From: a virus
Direction: 5' to 3' (one strand)
Length of the DNA: 64,000 nucleotides
Virus record (IMG/VR): IMGVR_UViG_3300039098_000035
Span: 1 to 64,000 of that record
A program made the position numbers and the translations under genes. Positions 1 through 8,559 of the stretch are shown one piece after another. Within the stretch, counting starts at the first letter, position 1, and each line of letters begins with the position of its first letter. The notes beneath the pieces are model-generated. The model ran no database searches, was not told where the DNA came from, and saw nothing but the letters and a program-made list of their open reading frames with translations.

Positions 1-343
1 ACACTTCTCTAGTAATAACATGTGCACGTTCGCCACCAACTGTGGCAAATTGATTACCATACTTTGGAAGTTTACCTTTCTCTACAATGGTGTACCTAGG
101 CTTCTCACGCCCAGGTGTGTTTGAAACACACTCCATCATTTGAAACGTAGATGCATCCAGTGTAACTGCTTCTGTACCAGGCTTGGATACGATAGTACCT
201 CTAACCCCTACTACAGTAACAATAGGGGTACCATCAGGATTAGTAACCACCGCACCTTTACCCGCAACTGTGATAGGTTCTGTAATTGTACTTCTGCTAA
301 TTTCCTCTTTAATCTGTTCTGTAATCTTTTCAAACGAACTCAT
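1..343 (-). CDS. Hypothetical protein, runs off the window start (MSSFEKITEQIKEEISRS...)
   Basis: Not in the ORF track. ATG at 343, AGGAGG RBS at 351-356, frame open to the window edge. Confidence 0.75.
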   Translation of the reverse strand, partial: MSSFEKITEQIKEEISRSTITEPITVAGKGAVVTNPDGTPIVTVVGVRGTIVSKPGTEAVTLDASTFQMMECVSNTPGREKPRYTIVEKGKLPKYGNQFATVGGERAHVITREV

Positions 344-354
344 AATGGTTCCTC

Positions 355-723
355 CTATTTTTTAGTTACCTCAGCTTCAGGAAAGTTTTTATTCCCAATA
401 CCTTCTACTTGGTATGATACAACTTTAATTTTACCTACTTTTAGTTCACCTTTATACAGTACTTCAATCTCATCCCCTACAACTAAACCTACAGGGATCT
501 CCTTTGTAACAGTACGTATACTTACGCCTGCAACCAATTCATTCATAATATTATTAATATCTTCTTTGGATACGATAACAAATTCTTTGTTCTCTTCATC
601 AAGCATCTTAATATCAAAACTGTTGTACTTAAAATACGCTATGGCATCTTCACCATCTATGTTTACATTTTGTCTATGTAATGCCATAACAAGTTTTGCA
701 AATGCTACTTCTAATTTTTTCAT
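355..723 (-). CDS. Hypothetical phage protein
   Basis: 122-aa ORF with AGGAGGAG RBS; ATGA-coupled to the upstream gene. Confidence 0.75.
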   Translation of the reverse strand: MKKLEVAFAKLVMALHRQNVNIDGEDAIAYFKYNSFDIKMLDEENKEFVIVSKEDINNIMNELVAGVSIRTVTKEIPVGLVVGDEIEVLYKGELKVGKIKVVSYQVEGIGNKNFPEAEVTKK

Positions 724-911
724 CGTTGCTCCTCCTCTTTAATTTCTAAGTATATATAAGGTTTGCCACGATATGTGACAATAACCTTTTCTTCCATTCT
801 TTTTCTAACGGCCTCTACCTGCTCTTCGTTTATCACGAATGTAAGTTTACCGGCTCTAAGATCTTTGATCGTTTCCGTGATAAGTGTTCTTACTTGCCTA
901 GCCACGTGCAA
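720..911 (-). CDS. Hypothetical protein (start uncertain)
   Basis: 63-aa ORF in a tightly packed leftward operon. Confidence 0.55.
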   Translation of the reverse strand: MHVARQVRTLITETIKDLRAGKLTFVINEEQVEAVRKRMEEKVIVTYRGKPYIYLEIKEEEQR

Positions 912-1152
912 TACGAATTACTTTAATAATCTTTACTACGACTGTTGCCGTCATTGCAGCTAACACAATAAATATAAGAATTATCATAATTACTTCCTGC
1001 CATAGGATGTATCCTTCAGATGCTATGAAGAATATAATAAGTCCTAAGACAAATCCTACAGCTCCTGTACCTATTGTAAATGCAACTAGCATAACTATAT
1101 TCCACGCTAATGTATCTTCGATGTCTTTACGCATTTGGATCACCTGCCTCAT
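898..1152 (-). CDS. Small membrane protein with 2 TM helices
   Basis: Two long hydrophobic stretches (IVMLVAFTIG...FFIA; VIMIILIFIVLAAMTATVVV). Confidence 0.65.
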   Translation of the reverse strand: MRQVIQMRKDIEDTLAWNIVMLVAFTIGTGAVGFVLGLIIFFIASEGYILWQEVIMIILIFIVLAAMTATVVVKIIKVIRIARG

Positions 1153-1903
1153 ACTGCGCTACTACCTGCTCGTAGGTATTTGTGAGGATGAAATTCTCCA
1201 CGAACTCTACGGCAGTGGTAAACTCTGTGTCTACTAGTTCTGTGCTTAAAGGTATAAAGCCTTCCACTCCTACAGATGTATAGTGGGTAAGAGTGCTCAC
1301 AACTGCTTGGTCGGAAAATACTAAATTCGAATCGTATATAATCGTAAACAAATACATGTCTAAAGTCTCGGATGTCAAATTCGTATACACTAAATGAATC
1401 ACCCCTTCTGCCAAAAAATAGTAGTATATATCATGGTTAGAAGCTACCCACTCGTCAGGGTCAATTAAGTCATGGGTGTGTATAACAACTTCAACAGGTA
1501 CTTCGACTTCGACTTCCACCTCAACAATAACTTCTACCTCTACGTCTACGTACTCAATAACAGGCACGTCAACATATATGGTAGGCGGTTCAGGGATAGC
1601 CAAGTCTCGCTGTCTAGTAGATTTAAAACTTTGTATCTCATTGTTAGTTACGTTAAAACATAAGTGACTGTAAATATCTAACACAGTATAGTCATATATT
1701 TCTTCATCAATCTCAATGTCACCATACTGGGTCTCTACCATAATAACATCTTTAGTTCCTAAAGTAGTTGTTTGGGTAGACGCATAGAATGACAAGTCTT
1801 CCACCTCTATGCAAGGCGTTGTTTCAATATCTTCTAAAATTATAGGTGCAGCTTCACACCCAACAAGCACAAACAACATAATAAATATTAATAAACGTTT
1901 CAT
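1127..1903 (-). CDS. Acidic lipoprotein with a (VE)n spacer
   Basis: MKRLLIFIMLFVLVGC signal peptide and lipobox; VDVEVEVIVEVEVEVEVPVEV tract. Confidence 0.75.
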   Translation of the reverse strand: MKRLLIFIMLFVLVGCEAAPIILEDIETTPCIEVEDLSFYASTQTTTLGTKDVIMVETQYGDIEIDEEIYDYTVLDIYSHLCFNVTNNEIQSFKSTRQRDLAIPEPPTIYVDVPVIEYVDVEVEVIVEVEVEVEVPVEVVIHTHDLIDPDEWVASNHDIYYYFLAEGVIHLVYTNLTSETLDMYLFTIIYDSNLVFSDQAVVSTLTHYTSVGVEGFIPLSTELVDTEFTTAVEFVENFILTNTYEQVVAQYEAGDPNA

Positions 1904-2136
1904 TCCTTTGCCTCCTCAAATGTATTTAGTGTAAGCTCTAATGCTTCCATAACTGTGTCAATATCTTCTGTCTGTTTAAGTACTTTAAGATGCTTTGATA
2001 ATAAGTCATACCCTTCACTCATCATAACCATACCATCAATAATAGAATCGATGTTATTGGCTTCAATAATATCAATACCTTTCTCAACCAACCATTTACT
2101 TGGCTGCAGTAATTCTTGTATTTCTTCTTTAGTCAT
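1900..2136 (-). CDS. Hypothetical protein
   Basis: 78-aa ORF with AAGGAGGT RBS and its own upstream promoter. Confidence 0.75.
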   Translation of the reverse strand: MTKEEIQELLQPSKWLVEKGIDIIEANNIDSIIDGMVMMSEGYDLLSKHLKVLKQTEDIDTVMEALELTLNTFEEAKE

Positions 2137-2171
2137 TTGTGTTACCTCCTTTTTTAGTAGGGCATGTATTA

Positions 2172-2200
2172 ATTATACCAACACACACCCATACATTCAA
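2172..2200 (-). promoter_or_regulatory. sigma70/sigmaA-type promoter
   Basis: TTGAAT-17 bp-TATAAT with extended TG (TGGTATAAT) on the minus strand. Confidence 0.7.
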
Positions 2201-2571
2201 GCCTGTGGTAATTCTACTATAATTGTATCAGGTACAACTACTTTTTTCTTACGGACTTTCTTCTTCCTAGGTGTGAAGTACTCTTTAACAATCTTATTAA
2301 TTTCTAAAAAGTTAACTGCCACAAAATTTGCAAGCGCTTCTTCATCAATCTCACCGAACTCTAAGGTCATGGCTCTGATAGCATGTGTTACTTCATGCAC
2401 CAGTACTGTTCTCTTACGCTGTGTCCCCAACGTCTTAAGAATCATAATCTCATTATCATCACGATTACACGCGCCCCAAAAACGTTCGTCATCTTCCTGC
2501 ATAAATTTCTTAAGACCTGCTTGATCCACTTCTTTGATGTCCCATGTTTCATTATAAATTTTTAATTTCAT
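2197..2571 (-). CDS. ImmA/IrrE-like zincin metallopeptidase
   Basis: FWGAC...IMI...TVLVHEVTHAI (HExxH) followed by EEALAN. Confidence 0.75.
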   Translation of the reverse strand: MKLKIYNETWDIKEVDQAGLKKFMQEDDERFWGACNRDDNEIMILKTLGTQRKRTVLVHEVTHAIRAMTLEFGEIDEEALANFVAVNFLEINKIVKEYFTPRKKKVRKKKVVVPDTIIVELPQA

Positions 2572-2684
2572 TTCTTTTTCCTCCTTCTAATTTCATATCT
2601 AACCATCTGTGCGAATGCTACCACAACCAGAATCATAAAGCCTCCAATAAATAGTACCAGTATCTCTTCAACGGATACCTTCAT
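2568..2684 (-). CDS. 38-aa single-TM protein
   Basis: Read manually: MKVSVEEILVLFIGGFMILVVVAFAQMVRYEIRRRKKK; ATGA overlaps at both ends. Confidence 0.55.
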   Translation of the reverse strand: MKVSVEEILVLFIGGFMILVVVAFAQMVRYEIRRRKKK

Positions 2685-2926
2685 ATATCTAACCCGTAAC
2701 GCATGAGGGTGTGGCACATCCCATGAACCTCTTCTTTCAAGTCCTCAAACTCTCTGATGATAGGGTGAGAGTCCTGCGGAGGTGCAACATCATTATACTG
2801 TAATGTTATTAATGTGCCTTCGATAGTGTTTATACGCTCTGTTAAAACTCTAAGCTGGTTACTATGATCATGTAGGTCTGATTCCAGCCACTGTAGTTTC
2901 TGTCTAAGTTCTTTATCTTCCATCAA
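2681..2926 (-). CDS. Hypothetical coiled-coil protein
   Basis: 81-aa ORF with AAGGAGG RBS. Confidence 0.65.
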   Translation of the reverse strand: MMEDKELRQKLQWLESDLHDHSNQLRVLTERINTIEGTLITLQYNDVAPPQDSHPIIREFEDLKEEVHGMCHTLMRYGLDI

Positions 2927-3069
2927 GACGCCTCCTTACACAGCACATATTCTACCCCACCACCTATTGGCACTGCAGAAACTATTTTAAACCCTGCTGA
3001 CAAATACTGTATTAACATATCAACTGCAGCAGTACTTCTATTGGACGTACGTATTACAACTGTTTCCAT
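2923..3069 (-). CDS. 48-aa hypothetical protein
   Basis: Read manually (METVVIRTSNRSTAAVDMLIQYLSAGFKIVSAVP...); fills the operon gap with a TAATG overlap. Confidence 0.5.
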   Translation of the reverse strand: METVVIRTSNRSTAAVDMLIQYLSAGFKIVSAVPIGGGVEYVLCKEAS

Positions 3070-3329
3070 TATTTCTCAACTACTTTCATTATCACATTTA
3101 GGGTATCATATAATTCTTTTGAAACTCCTTGACTATAACCTTTGTAATACACGTACTGCCCTCCATTAGGACTGTATATAAGTTCCATACCATACACTGC
3201 AGCTTTGACATCTTCGAACCTGCTTATAACATCCATAAGGAACTGCATATCCACTGTGTTTACTTTAACAGTTTCAACACCTTTAGATATTTTTCTAAAC
3301 TTATCTGCGGTTTCTCTTAGAGTACTCAT
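3069..3329 (-). CDS. Hypothetical protein
   Basis: 86-aa ORF within the operon. Confidence 0.65.
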   Translation of the reverse strand: MSTLRETADKFRKISKGVETVKVNTVDMQFLMDVISRFEDVKAAVYGMELIYSPNGGQYVYYKGYSQGVSKELYDTLNVIMKVVEK

Positions 3330-3468
3330 AACTCAGTTACCTTCCAAACAGTATTACCAAAAAATCTTATCCAAAACTTCTTCCACTTGAGATGCCTTGC
3401 ACTCCTAGCGTGCGTAGTTTCATATACAACTATACATCCCACACGCCACCTATAAACTATTTTATACT

Positions 3469-3882
3469 TCATTGTTTAGTCACCGCCTCTACTATGAACT
3501 TCAGGTCCTTAAGTGTATCAGGTCTGTTGGCCCATATTCTTTTATTTATAATTGGTGCTGTTGCTTTATATAATTTATCATCTGCATTAAATGCCAAGTA
3601 GTAATAGAACTCAGTACCATGTGTACACACATACTTGTCGTAATAGAAGTATTGGCCACATACATGGAAAAATTCTTTCATCGATAATCGTTTACCTGAA
3701 CTAGGATACACGTTATGTTTATATATTTGGTAGAACGTAGTAGCCTTGATCATGTGTATATCTGTTAGCTTCTTAATCCTCTCGAACTCTGTGGTATTGT
3801 GCTCCACCTTATGGGACACAGGGTTGATGAAGTTACTTAAAAATTCAGTTGTTGTCATATCAGAAATCTCCAAATCCGCCAT
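3469..3882 (-). CDS. Hypothetical protein
   Basis: 137-aa ORF overlapping its neighbours. Confidence 0.65.
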   Translation of the reverse strand: MADLEISDMTTTEFLSNFINPVSHKVEHNTTEFERIKKLTDIHMIKATTFYQIYKHNVYPSSGKRLSMKEFFHVCGQYFYYDKYVCTHGTEFYYYLAFNADDKLYKATAPIINKRIWANRPDTLKDLKFIVEAVTKQ

Positions 3883-4054
3883 CGACTATGGTATCTTCTA
3901 ACTCTTCTATCGTGGCTTTTATATTTCCTTTAGGTGTACGTACTATCACATGTTCTTCATCTGGATCAATCTTAACATGGACTTGTACCTCACTGTTATA
4001 ATATGTCCCATCTTTCATTTTAACAAACCCTATGTTTAATAGAAACGTATGCAT
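3860..4054 (-). CDS. Hypothetical protein
   Basis: 64-aa ORF, TAATG-coupled to the helicase. Confidence 0.6.
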   Translation of the reverse strand: MHTFLLNIGFVKMKDGTYYNSEVQVHVKIDPDEEHVIVRTPKGNIKATIEELEDTIVDGGFGDF

Positions 4055-5637
4055 TAAAGATTCTTAATCTCATCCGCAAAGTACGGAGTCTCTTTAACCA
4101 TCTGCACATAGTGAGAACCATTCCTTAGAACGGGATTCATCTTAGCGATGTAAGGTCCTATAAGATTCGAGAAGCCGTTCGTTCCTTTGTTCTTTATAGA
4201 CTTTCTACCATTAGCCTTGCAGTACACCTGGTACATACGGTACAGGTCGCCACGTTTCATCTCGTCCTTAACCCGCCCTGTGAATGTGACACAATCACTG
4301 AAGAACATCCCAATGATATCACTATCTTCACGGTACTGAACAAACTTCCTAGATACCACGGCAGGTCGTGGAATATTCTTAAGGTTAATTCCTTTATGCT
4401 TAAAATAATTCTTATACAACCACGCTTGTATCGTGGGGTATTCCGCTGCCAACCTATTGAGGATGGTTGGGTCTTCCTTAGTAATATGAAAGTCAAACGG
4501 TATCAATATCAATCTTTGGAAAATCGGATCTAGAGTAGACCAATCACCAAAGTTCAGCAGACTGTTGGCCATGACAACGGGAGTCCCACAGATATTAACC
4601 TCAAAATTTTTACTATACGCGGGGCGCACCACCGTCATAATCTTGTTACCAAACTCATCACGTCCACCTTCTGTTAGATCCTTGATGTTCTGCGTAGACG
4701 CTTGCATCCTCTCGTCTATCTCGTTGAAGATGAGCAAACTACGACCCTCAGTTGCAGCCAGGGCATCGTCCTTCTTAAACGATGAAGCAGGATGTGCGTT
4801 CAGCAGCTCAGCGTTCATACGGATGGAGTGCGGACCAAGGATATCCTGCATAACCTTAATGATAGTACTCTTACCATTACGGCCTTGCTCTCCTATAAAG
4901 TAGACGTACACCTGGTTGTAGTTGTAAGGCGCCATCATATAGGCCAGCACTTTGTGAAAATACGCTATGAGCTCAGGGTCCTGCATCATGTATGTCTCGA
5001 TGAGAGATAGGAACAGGGTCGGATTAGGATCAGGCTCCAGCGATATCGGAATCGGACTGATATGTTGGAGCTGCATCGGCTGAGTATCCTTAAAGGAAAC
5101 CTTCCTTATAGCTAGAGTATGCTCCATCATGTCAAGCAGAGCACGCTGCTCGGTCCCATGAATCTTGAAGTACCGAAGATTCTCAACCTTCTGGATCAGC
5201 TCGGTACTCTTACGGACATGTAGCAGCTTGGACTGACGTATCCGCTTGGACAGATTGGGTATCTTACCTACCCCGAAGAAGTGATTGGCGTAGCGGAAGA
5301 ATATCTGGCTGTTCGCCTTGGTCGCTTCCTCAGAGATGACTGTGAAGTAATCGGTCAACAGGTTCTGCAAGCTGGCATCAGTAGTCTCGAAGTGCCACAG
5401 CCCATCCGTGTTATCGTACACGAACATGTTATCCTTATCACCTACGTAGCGGAAGTAGTTAGACAACCACGAGAATGTTTCTGTCGGTATCGGAACCGCC
5501 GACTCGGACGTAAATTTTTTCACAAACGCTTTAACCTCTGCCTCTGTCAGCGCGGAAGTATCGTTCAACGTAAAAACACCTCTTATATGTTTCAAGAGGT
5601 GTAAGCGCATAGATGTTAGATAGTTGGAAAATGCCAT
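4054..5637 (-). CDS. SF3 helicase of the P4-alpha/poxvirus D5 type; no primase domain recognised
   Basis: Walker A GEQGRNGKST, Walker B LLIFNE, motif C MAN, FQRLILIPF, winged-helix-like C-terminus. Start moved from the track's 5670 to ATG 5637 (AGGAGA RBS at 5645-5650). Confidence 0.88.
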   Translation of the reverse strand: MAFSNYLTSMRLHLLKHIRGVFTLNDTSALTEAEVKAFVKKFTSESAVPIPTETFSWLSNYFRYVGDKDNMFVYDNTDGLWHFETTDASLQNLLTDYFTVISEEATKANSQIFFRYANHFFGVGKIPNLSKRIRQSKLLHVRKSTELIQKVENLRYFKIHGTEQRALLDMMEHTLAIRKVSFKDTQPMQLQHISPIPISLEPDPNPTLFLSLIETYMMQDPELIAYFHKVLAYMMAPYNYNQVYVYFIGEQGRNGKSTIIKVMQDILGPHSIRMNAELLNAHPASSFKKDDALAATEGRSLLIFNEIDERMQASTQNIKDLTEGGRDEFGNKIMTVVRPAYSKNFEVNICGTPVVMANSLLNFGDWSTLDPIFQRLILIPFDFHITKEDPTILNRLAAEYPTIQAWLYKNYFKHKGINLKNIPRPAVVSRKFVQYREDSDIIGMFFSDCVTFTGRVKDEMKRGDLYRMYQVYCKANGRKSIKNKGTNGFSNLIGPYIAKMNPVLRNGSHYVQMVKETPYFADEIKNL

Positions 5638-5678
5638 GTCAATGTCTCCTGTCTCGGTGAATGCGATCACCTACCTTA

Positions 5679-5706
5679 ATTATACCATGAGGAAACGTGA
5701 TGTCAA
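5679..5706 (-). promoter_or_regulatory. sigma70-type promoter for the helicase and leftward arm
   Basis: TTGACA-16 bp-TATAAT with extended TG. Confidence 0.75.
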
Positions 5707-5789
5707 GCATGATTCTGTGTTTTTTCTGTGTCGCCTGTGCATTTCCCCACTGCGGGGCCAAGGTAAGCGATATAGGGTAGTTGACCAAA

Positions 5790-6040
5790 AGATATACTAC
5801 CAGAGAATGTGCCCTAGGTAAGGGATAAAACGTTGACCGGTAGTATTAGTAGTACAAGTGTACATCTTTCTTGGAGTTATTCTGTAAAAAATGCCCAAGT
5901 ATATTATATATATACGGGAGAGAACCGAGCAGCAAAAAAGTTCTATATACTACTAATACTACTAATACTACTATTGGTTAGCCACGAAGGGATTTCCCAG
6001 TGTTTCACATATACTACCCCATAAACTACATATACTACCT
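5790..6040. repeat. Iteron-like ATACTAC cluster (candidate origin or terminus)
   Basis: ATACTAC at 5794, 5947, 5956, 5965, 6011 and 6032; inverted copy at 5840. Confidence 0.55.
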
Positions 6041-6372
6041 TGACCAATTATCGTGAATTGAGATTGATATCTCTATGGAGACAAGGAAAGGTTGACTAAT
6101 ATATATATATATATATTACCCCTAAAACACAACCCCCCAATTAAGAACCTCCCCCTACCCATACCATAAGCATAACGTACATGTATCATGCCGTAGGCAC
6201 TAAGTCTAAGATGCGACAGCTTCCGACCATCACACCAGTGACACCCTCGGAATTTCCGTGGTTAACAGTGTAAAAACACAGACTGTGTATTTATGGAGGA
6301 ACTTAACGCAAGCAAAACTTAGTAATCATTATTATACACATTGTCGATATGTCCTATGGTTTACGGGTAACT

Positions 6373-6399
6373 CAAACAAACCAAACAAACCAAACAAAC
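6373..6399. repeat. Tandem 9-mer (CAAACAAAC)x3
   Basis: Read directly; an (AT)n run also lies at about 6099-6116. Confidence 0.8.
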
Positions 6400-6533
6400 T
6401 AGACACTCATGACCATCCACACCCACTACCTGCACGCCAGTGCCCCTCATCGCCCCCTCTTCGCCCACGCAGTGTATAAAACAATTACACCGTTAGTCTC
6501 TCTACTACTCTCGTAAGACCGGAGGTGAAACAC

Positions 6534-6752
6534 ATGGCTAAAGATATTTATTTAACTAAGAAAGTTGAGAACAATGATGCTGTCCGCACCATTGAGATGC
6601 CTGATGACCGAGGAATCAATCGTAGTGTATCTGTACACTTCGACCAATCCAAAGCTGAGAATGGCTTTGCAAAAGGTCAACTTTTGTCAGAAGTAGTAGA
6701 AGGAGATTACATCTACACTTGGTCTGATGCTCAACCAGAACCGCTGAAATAA
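6534..6752 (+). CDS. Hypothetical early protein, first gene of the rightward arm
   Basis: GGAGGTG RBS before ATG 6534; followed by a terminator. Confidence 0.75.
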   Translation: MAKDIYLTKKVENNDAVRTIEMPDDRGINRSVSVHFDQSKAENGFAKGQLLSEVVEGDYIYTWSDAQPEPLK

Positions 6753-6768
6753 TAGCGGTTCTTTTTTC
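6737..6768 (+). terminator. Intrinsic terminator
   Basis: AGAACCGCT-loop-AGCGGTTCT followed by a T run. Confidence 0.8.
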
Positions 6769-6825
6769 TCTAACCACTATAAGCTCAGTATGTTACTGGG
6801 CTTATAAAATTAAGGAGGTTCTATA

Positions 6826-7269
6826 ATGTTTTTAGATCTAATACCCATTTCCGCGCAACAAAAAAATATGCGTAACTACCTCACTCCTAAGGAGTGGGAT
6901 ATCTTACGCCGTATCACCTACAAAAAATATGCATACAAATGCGCTATTTGTGGTGGTCAAGGTAGAAGTCATCCCGTTGAAGCACATGAAGAGTGGGCCT
7001 TCTCACATGATACCATCATTCTCATTGATGTCGTAGCACTGTGTCCCACTTGTCATCGTCTGAAACATATTAACTTCTACCGTCATGACCTGCACACATT
7101 CCGTGCACTCATTCGCAGATACGCGTATCAACATAACATTACTGAAGCCATCGCACGTACGTTCATTTACAACCAGTTTGACATGTACGATATGCAGATG
7201 CTGAAACAATGGAAGCTTGACACATCTTCCATACAACGATACTATAAGGAGGTAACATGTACACATTAA
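6826..7269 (+). CDS. HNH endonuclease
   Basis: CAICGG...EAHEEW...VALCPTCHRLKH; AAGGAGG RBS. Confidence 0.85.
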   Translation: MFLDLIPISAQQKNMRNYLTPKEWDILRRITYKKYAYKCAICGGQGRSHPVEAHEEWAFSHDTIILIDVVALCPTCHRLKHINFYRHDLHTFRALIRRYAYQHNITEAIARTFIYNQFDMYDMQMLKQWKLDTSSIQRYYKEVTCTH

Positions 7270-7454
7270 ACTATAAAGACATTTCCCAAGCTACCCAGCT
7301 ATCATTATCTACAGTGAAGAGGTTCTTTTCCCCCAAAGGGAACCCTTCACTGAAGACAGCTATCAAAATAGCTGCACACTTTAACATCACTCTAAACGCA
7401 GTCAATGAGCTGCGTAACATTATCATCACTAAGAAGGAGGAAGATAATGAATAG
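7257..7454 (+). CDS. Cro/XRE-family HTH regulator
   Basis: YKDISQATQLSLSTVKRFFS...NPSLKTAIKIAAHF. Confidence 0.8.
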   Translation: MYTLNYKDISQATQLSLSTVKRFFSPKGNPSLKTAIKIAAHFNITLNAVNELRNIIITKKEEDNE

Positions 7455-7578
7455 GATACAACTACATGATTCACTAATGGACATCATAACTATTATGTCC
7501 AAAGGAAATCCAGGTGCTGTCAATTGTATTATGAAGGCAGAGGTACACCATTTATACTCGGTGATGCCTCATGAATAA
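7447..7578 (+). CDS. 43-aa hypothetical protein (possibly a truncated remnant)
   Basis: Strong RBS; MNRIQLHDSLMDIITIMSKGNPGA... Confidence 0.5.
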   Translation: MNRIQLHDSLMDIITIMSKGNPGAVNCIMKAEVHHLYSVMPHE

Positions 7579-7795
7579 AGTTATAAATGATTTATTAAAT
7601 GAACTTGAAGATACAGGAAGCATAAAAAAATTAATCCCTGCATTATTATCACTAAAAAAGCACATCAACGCACAGCAAGATAAATTGGATAGGATAGAGG
7701 GAATGATATTTAGTGATAAACCAATGTCTTATCGTTTAGCATTAACAAAGGAAATACTAAAGGAGGAAGATAATGCGTTATCTACAAAAGATTAA
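7571..7795 (+). CDS. Hypothetical protein
   Basis: 74-aa ORF within the operon. Confidence 0.6.
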   Translation: MNKVINDLLNELEDTGSIKKLIPALLSLKKHINAQQDKLDRIEGMIFSDKPMSYRLALTKEILKEEDNALSTKD

Positions 7796-8046
7796 TGTTT
7801 GATGCTATGATAACAGTTCTTCGTACTGTGTACCATCAAACACAAAAACCAATGGAAGATCGTGTACCTCGTGCACGTGTTCTTATTGAGCTACTCGATG
7901 CCGTTAACCACATTTCCATGTACATGAAAGATGAACTTAACCAAGGTTCACATCCTAACTACGCTCGTGAAAAATTATTAGCTGCAAAGCAACGCCTTGA
8001 CTGGGCATACAAGGAGGTACTCCATGTTACAGACAGTACTAGCTAA
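7795..8046 (+). CDS. Hypothetical protein
   Basis: 83-aa ORF with TAATG coupling. Confidence 0.6.
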   Translation: MFDAMITVLRTVYHQTQKPMEDRVPRARVLIELLDAVNHISMYMKDELNQGSHPNYAREKLLAAKQRLDWAYKEVLHVTDSTS

Positions 8047-8278
8047 GATTGATAAACATCTTGGTACTAACATTCCCTTTAATATCCAAGGCAACACTGT
8101 GATTCATGGTAAAGATACCTTCATTGTCAAGCCAGGACACATGGACGAATTTCTACGCATACGTCTCGCTAAGTACACCTTACTGCTTGAAAATATTGAG
8201 AATAAAAATTCCAATATTGGCATCTTCTTACAAAAATGGAATGCCCTTTCCTTAGAAAGTAGACAACACTATGATTAA
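8024..8278 (+). CDS. Hypothetical protein
   Basis: AAGGAGGT RBS before ATG 8024. Confidence 0.65.
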   Translation: MLQTVLAKIDKHLGTNIPFNIQGNTVIHGKDTFIVKPGHMDEFLRIRLAKYTLLLENIENKNSNIGIFLQKWNALSLESRQHYD

Positions 8279-8432
8279 ATACCTTGTATCCACAATCATA
8301 GTGGTTGTTGCTTTCGTAGCCATATACTTTGTAGCCACTACTCCCATAGGATTTACTATCTTTATAATTACACTTTGTGTACTTATATTCATATTGTTAG
8401 TTCTTCTAGTAAAGCTGGTTATCTATGGCTAG
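8271..8432 (+). CDS. 53-aa membrane protein with 2 TM helices
   Basis: Read manually: MIKYLVSTIIVVVAFVAIYFVATTPIGFTIFIITLCVLIFILLVLLVKLVIYG. Confidence 0.55.
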   Translation: MIKYLVSTIIVVVAFVAIYFVATTPIGFTIFIITLCVLIFILLVLLVKLVIYG

Positions 8433-8559
8433 TCCTGGACGTACCATCCGTAGAAAACAAGAGCGTAAACAAAAAGCAATTCATAAGAAACAACAGCAAG
8501 CTCGTAAACAAATCATCAACAATCTAACTAAGAAGGAGAAAGAACATGCGATTAAATGA
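8425..8559 (+). CDS. 44-aa basic protein
   Basis: Read manually: MASPGRTIRRKQERKQKAIHKKQQQARK... Confidence 0.5.
   Translation: MASPGRTIRRKQERKQKAIHKKQQQARKQIINNLTKKEKEHAIK

Noticed and set aside
140-742. 200-aa plus-strand ORF
   Set aside because: Antisense to two minus-strand genes that have strong RBSs.
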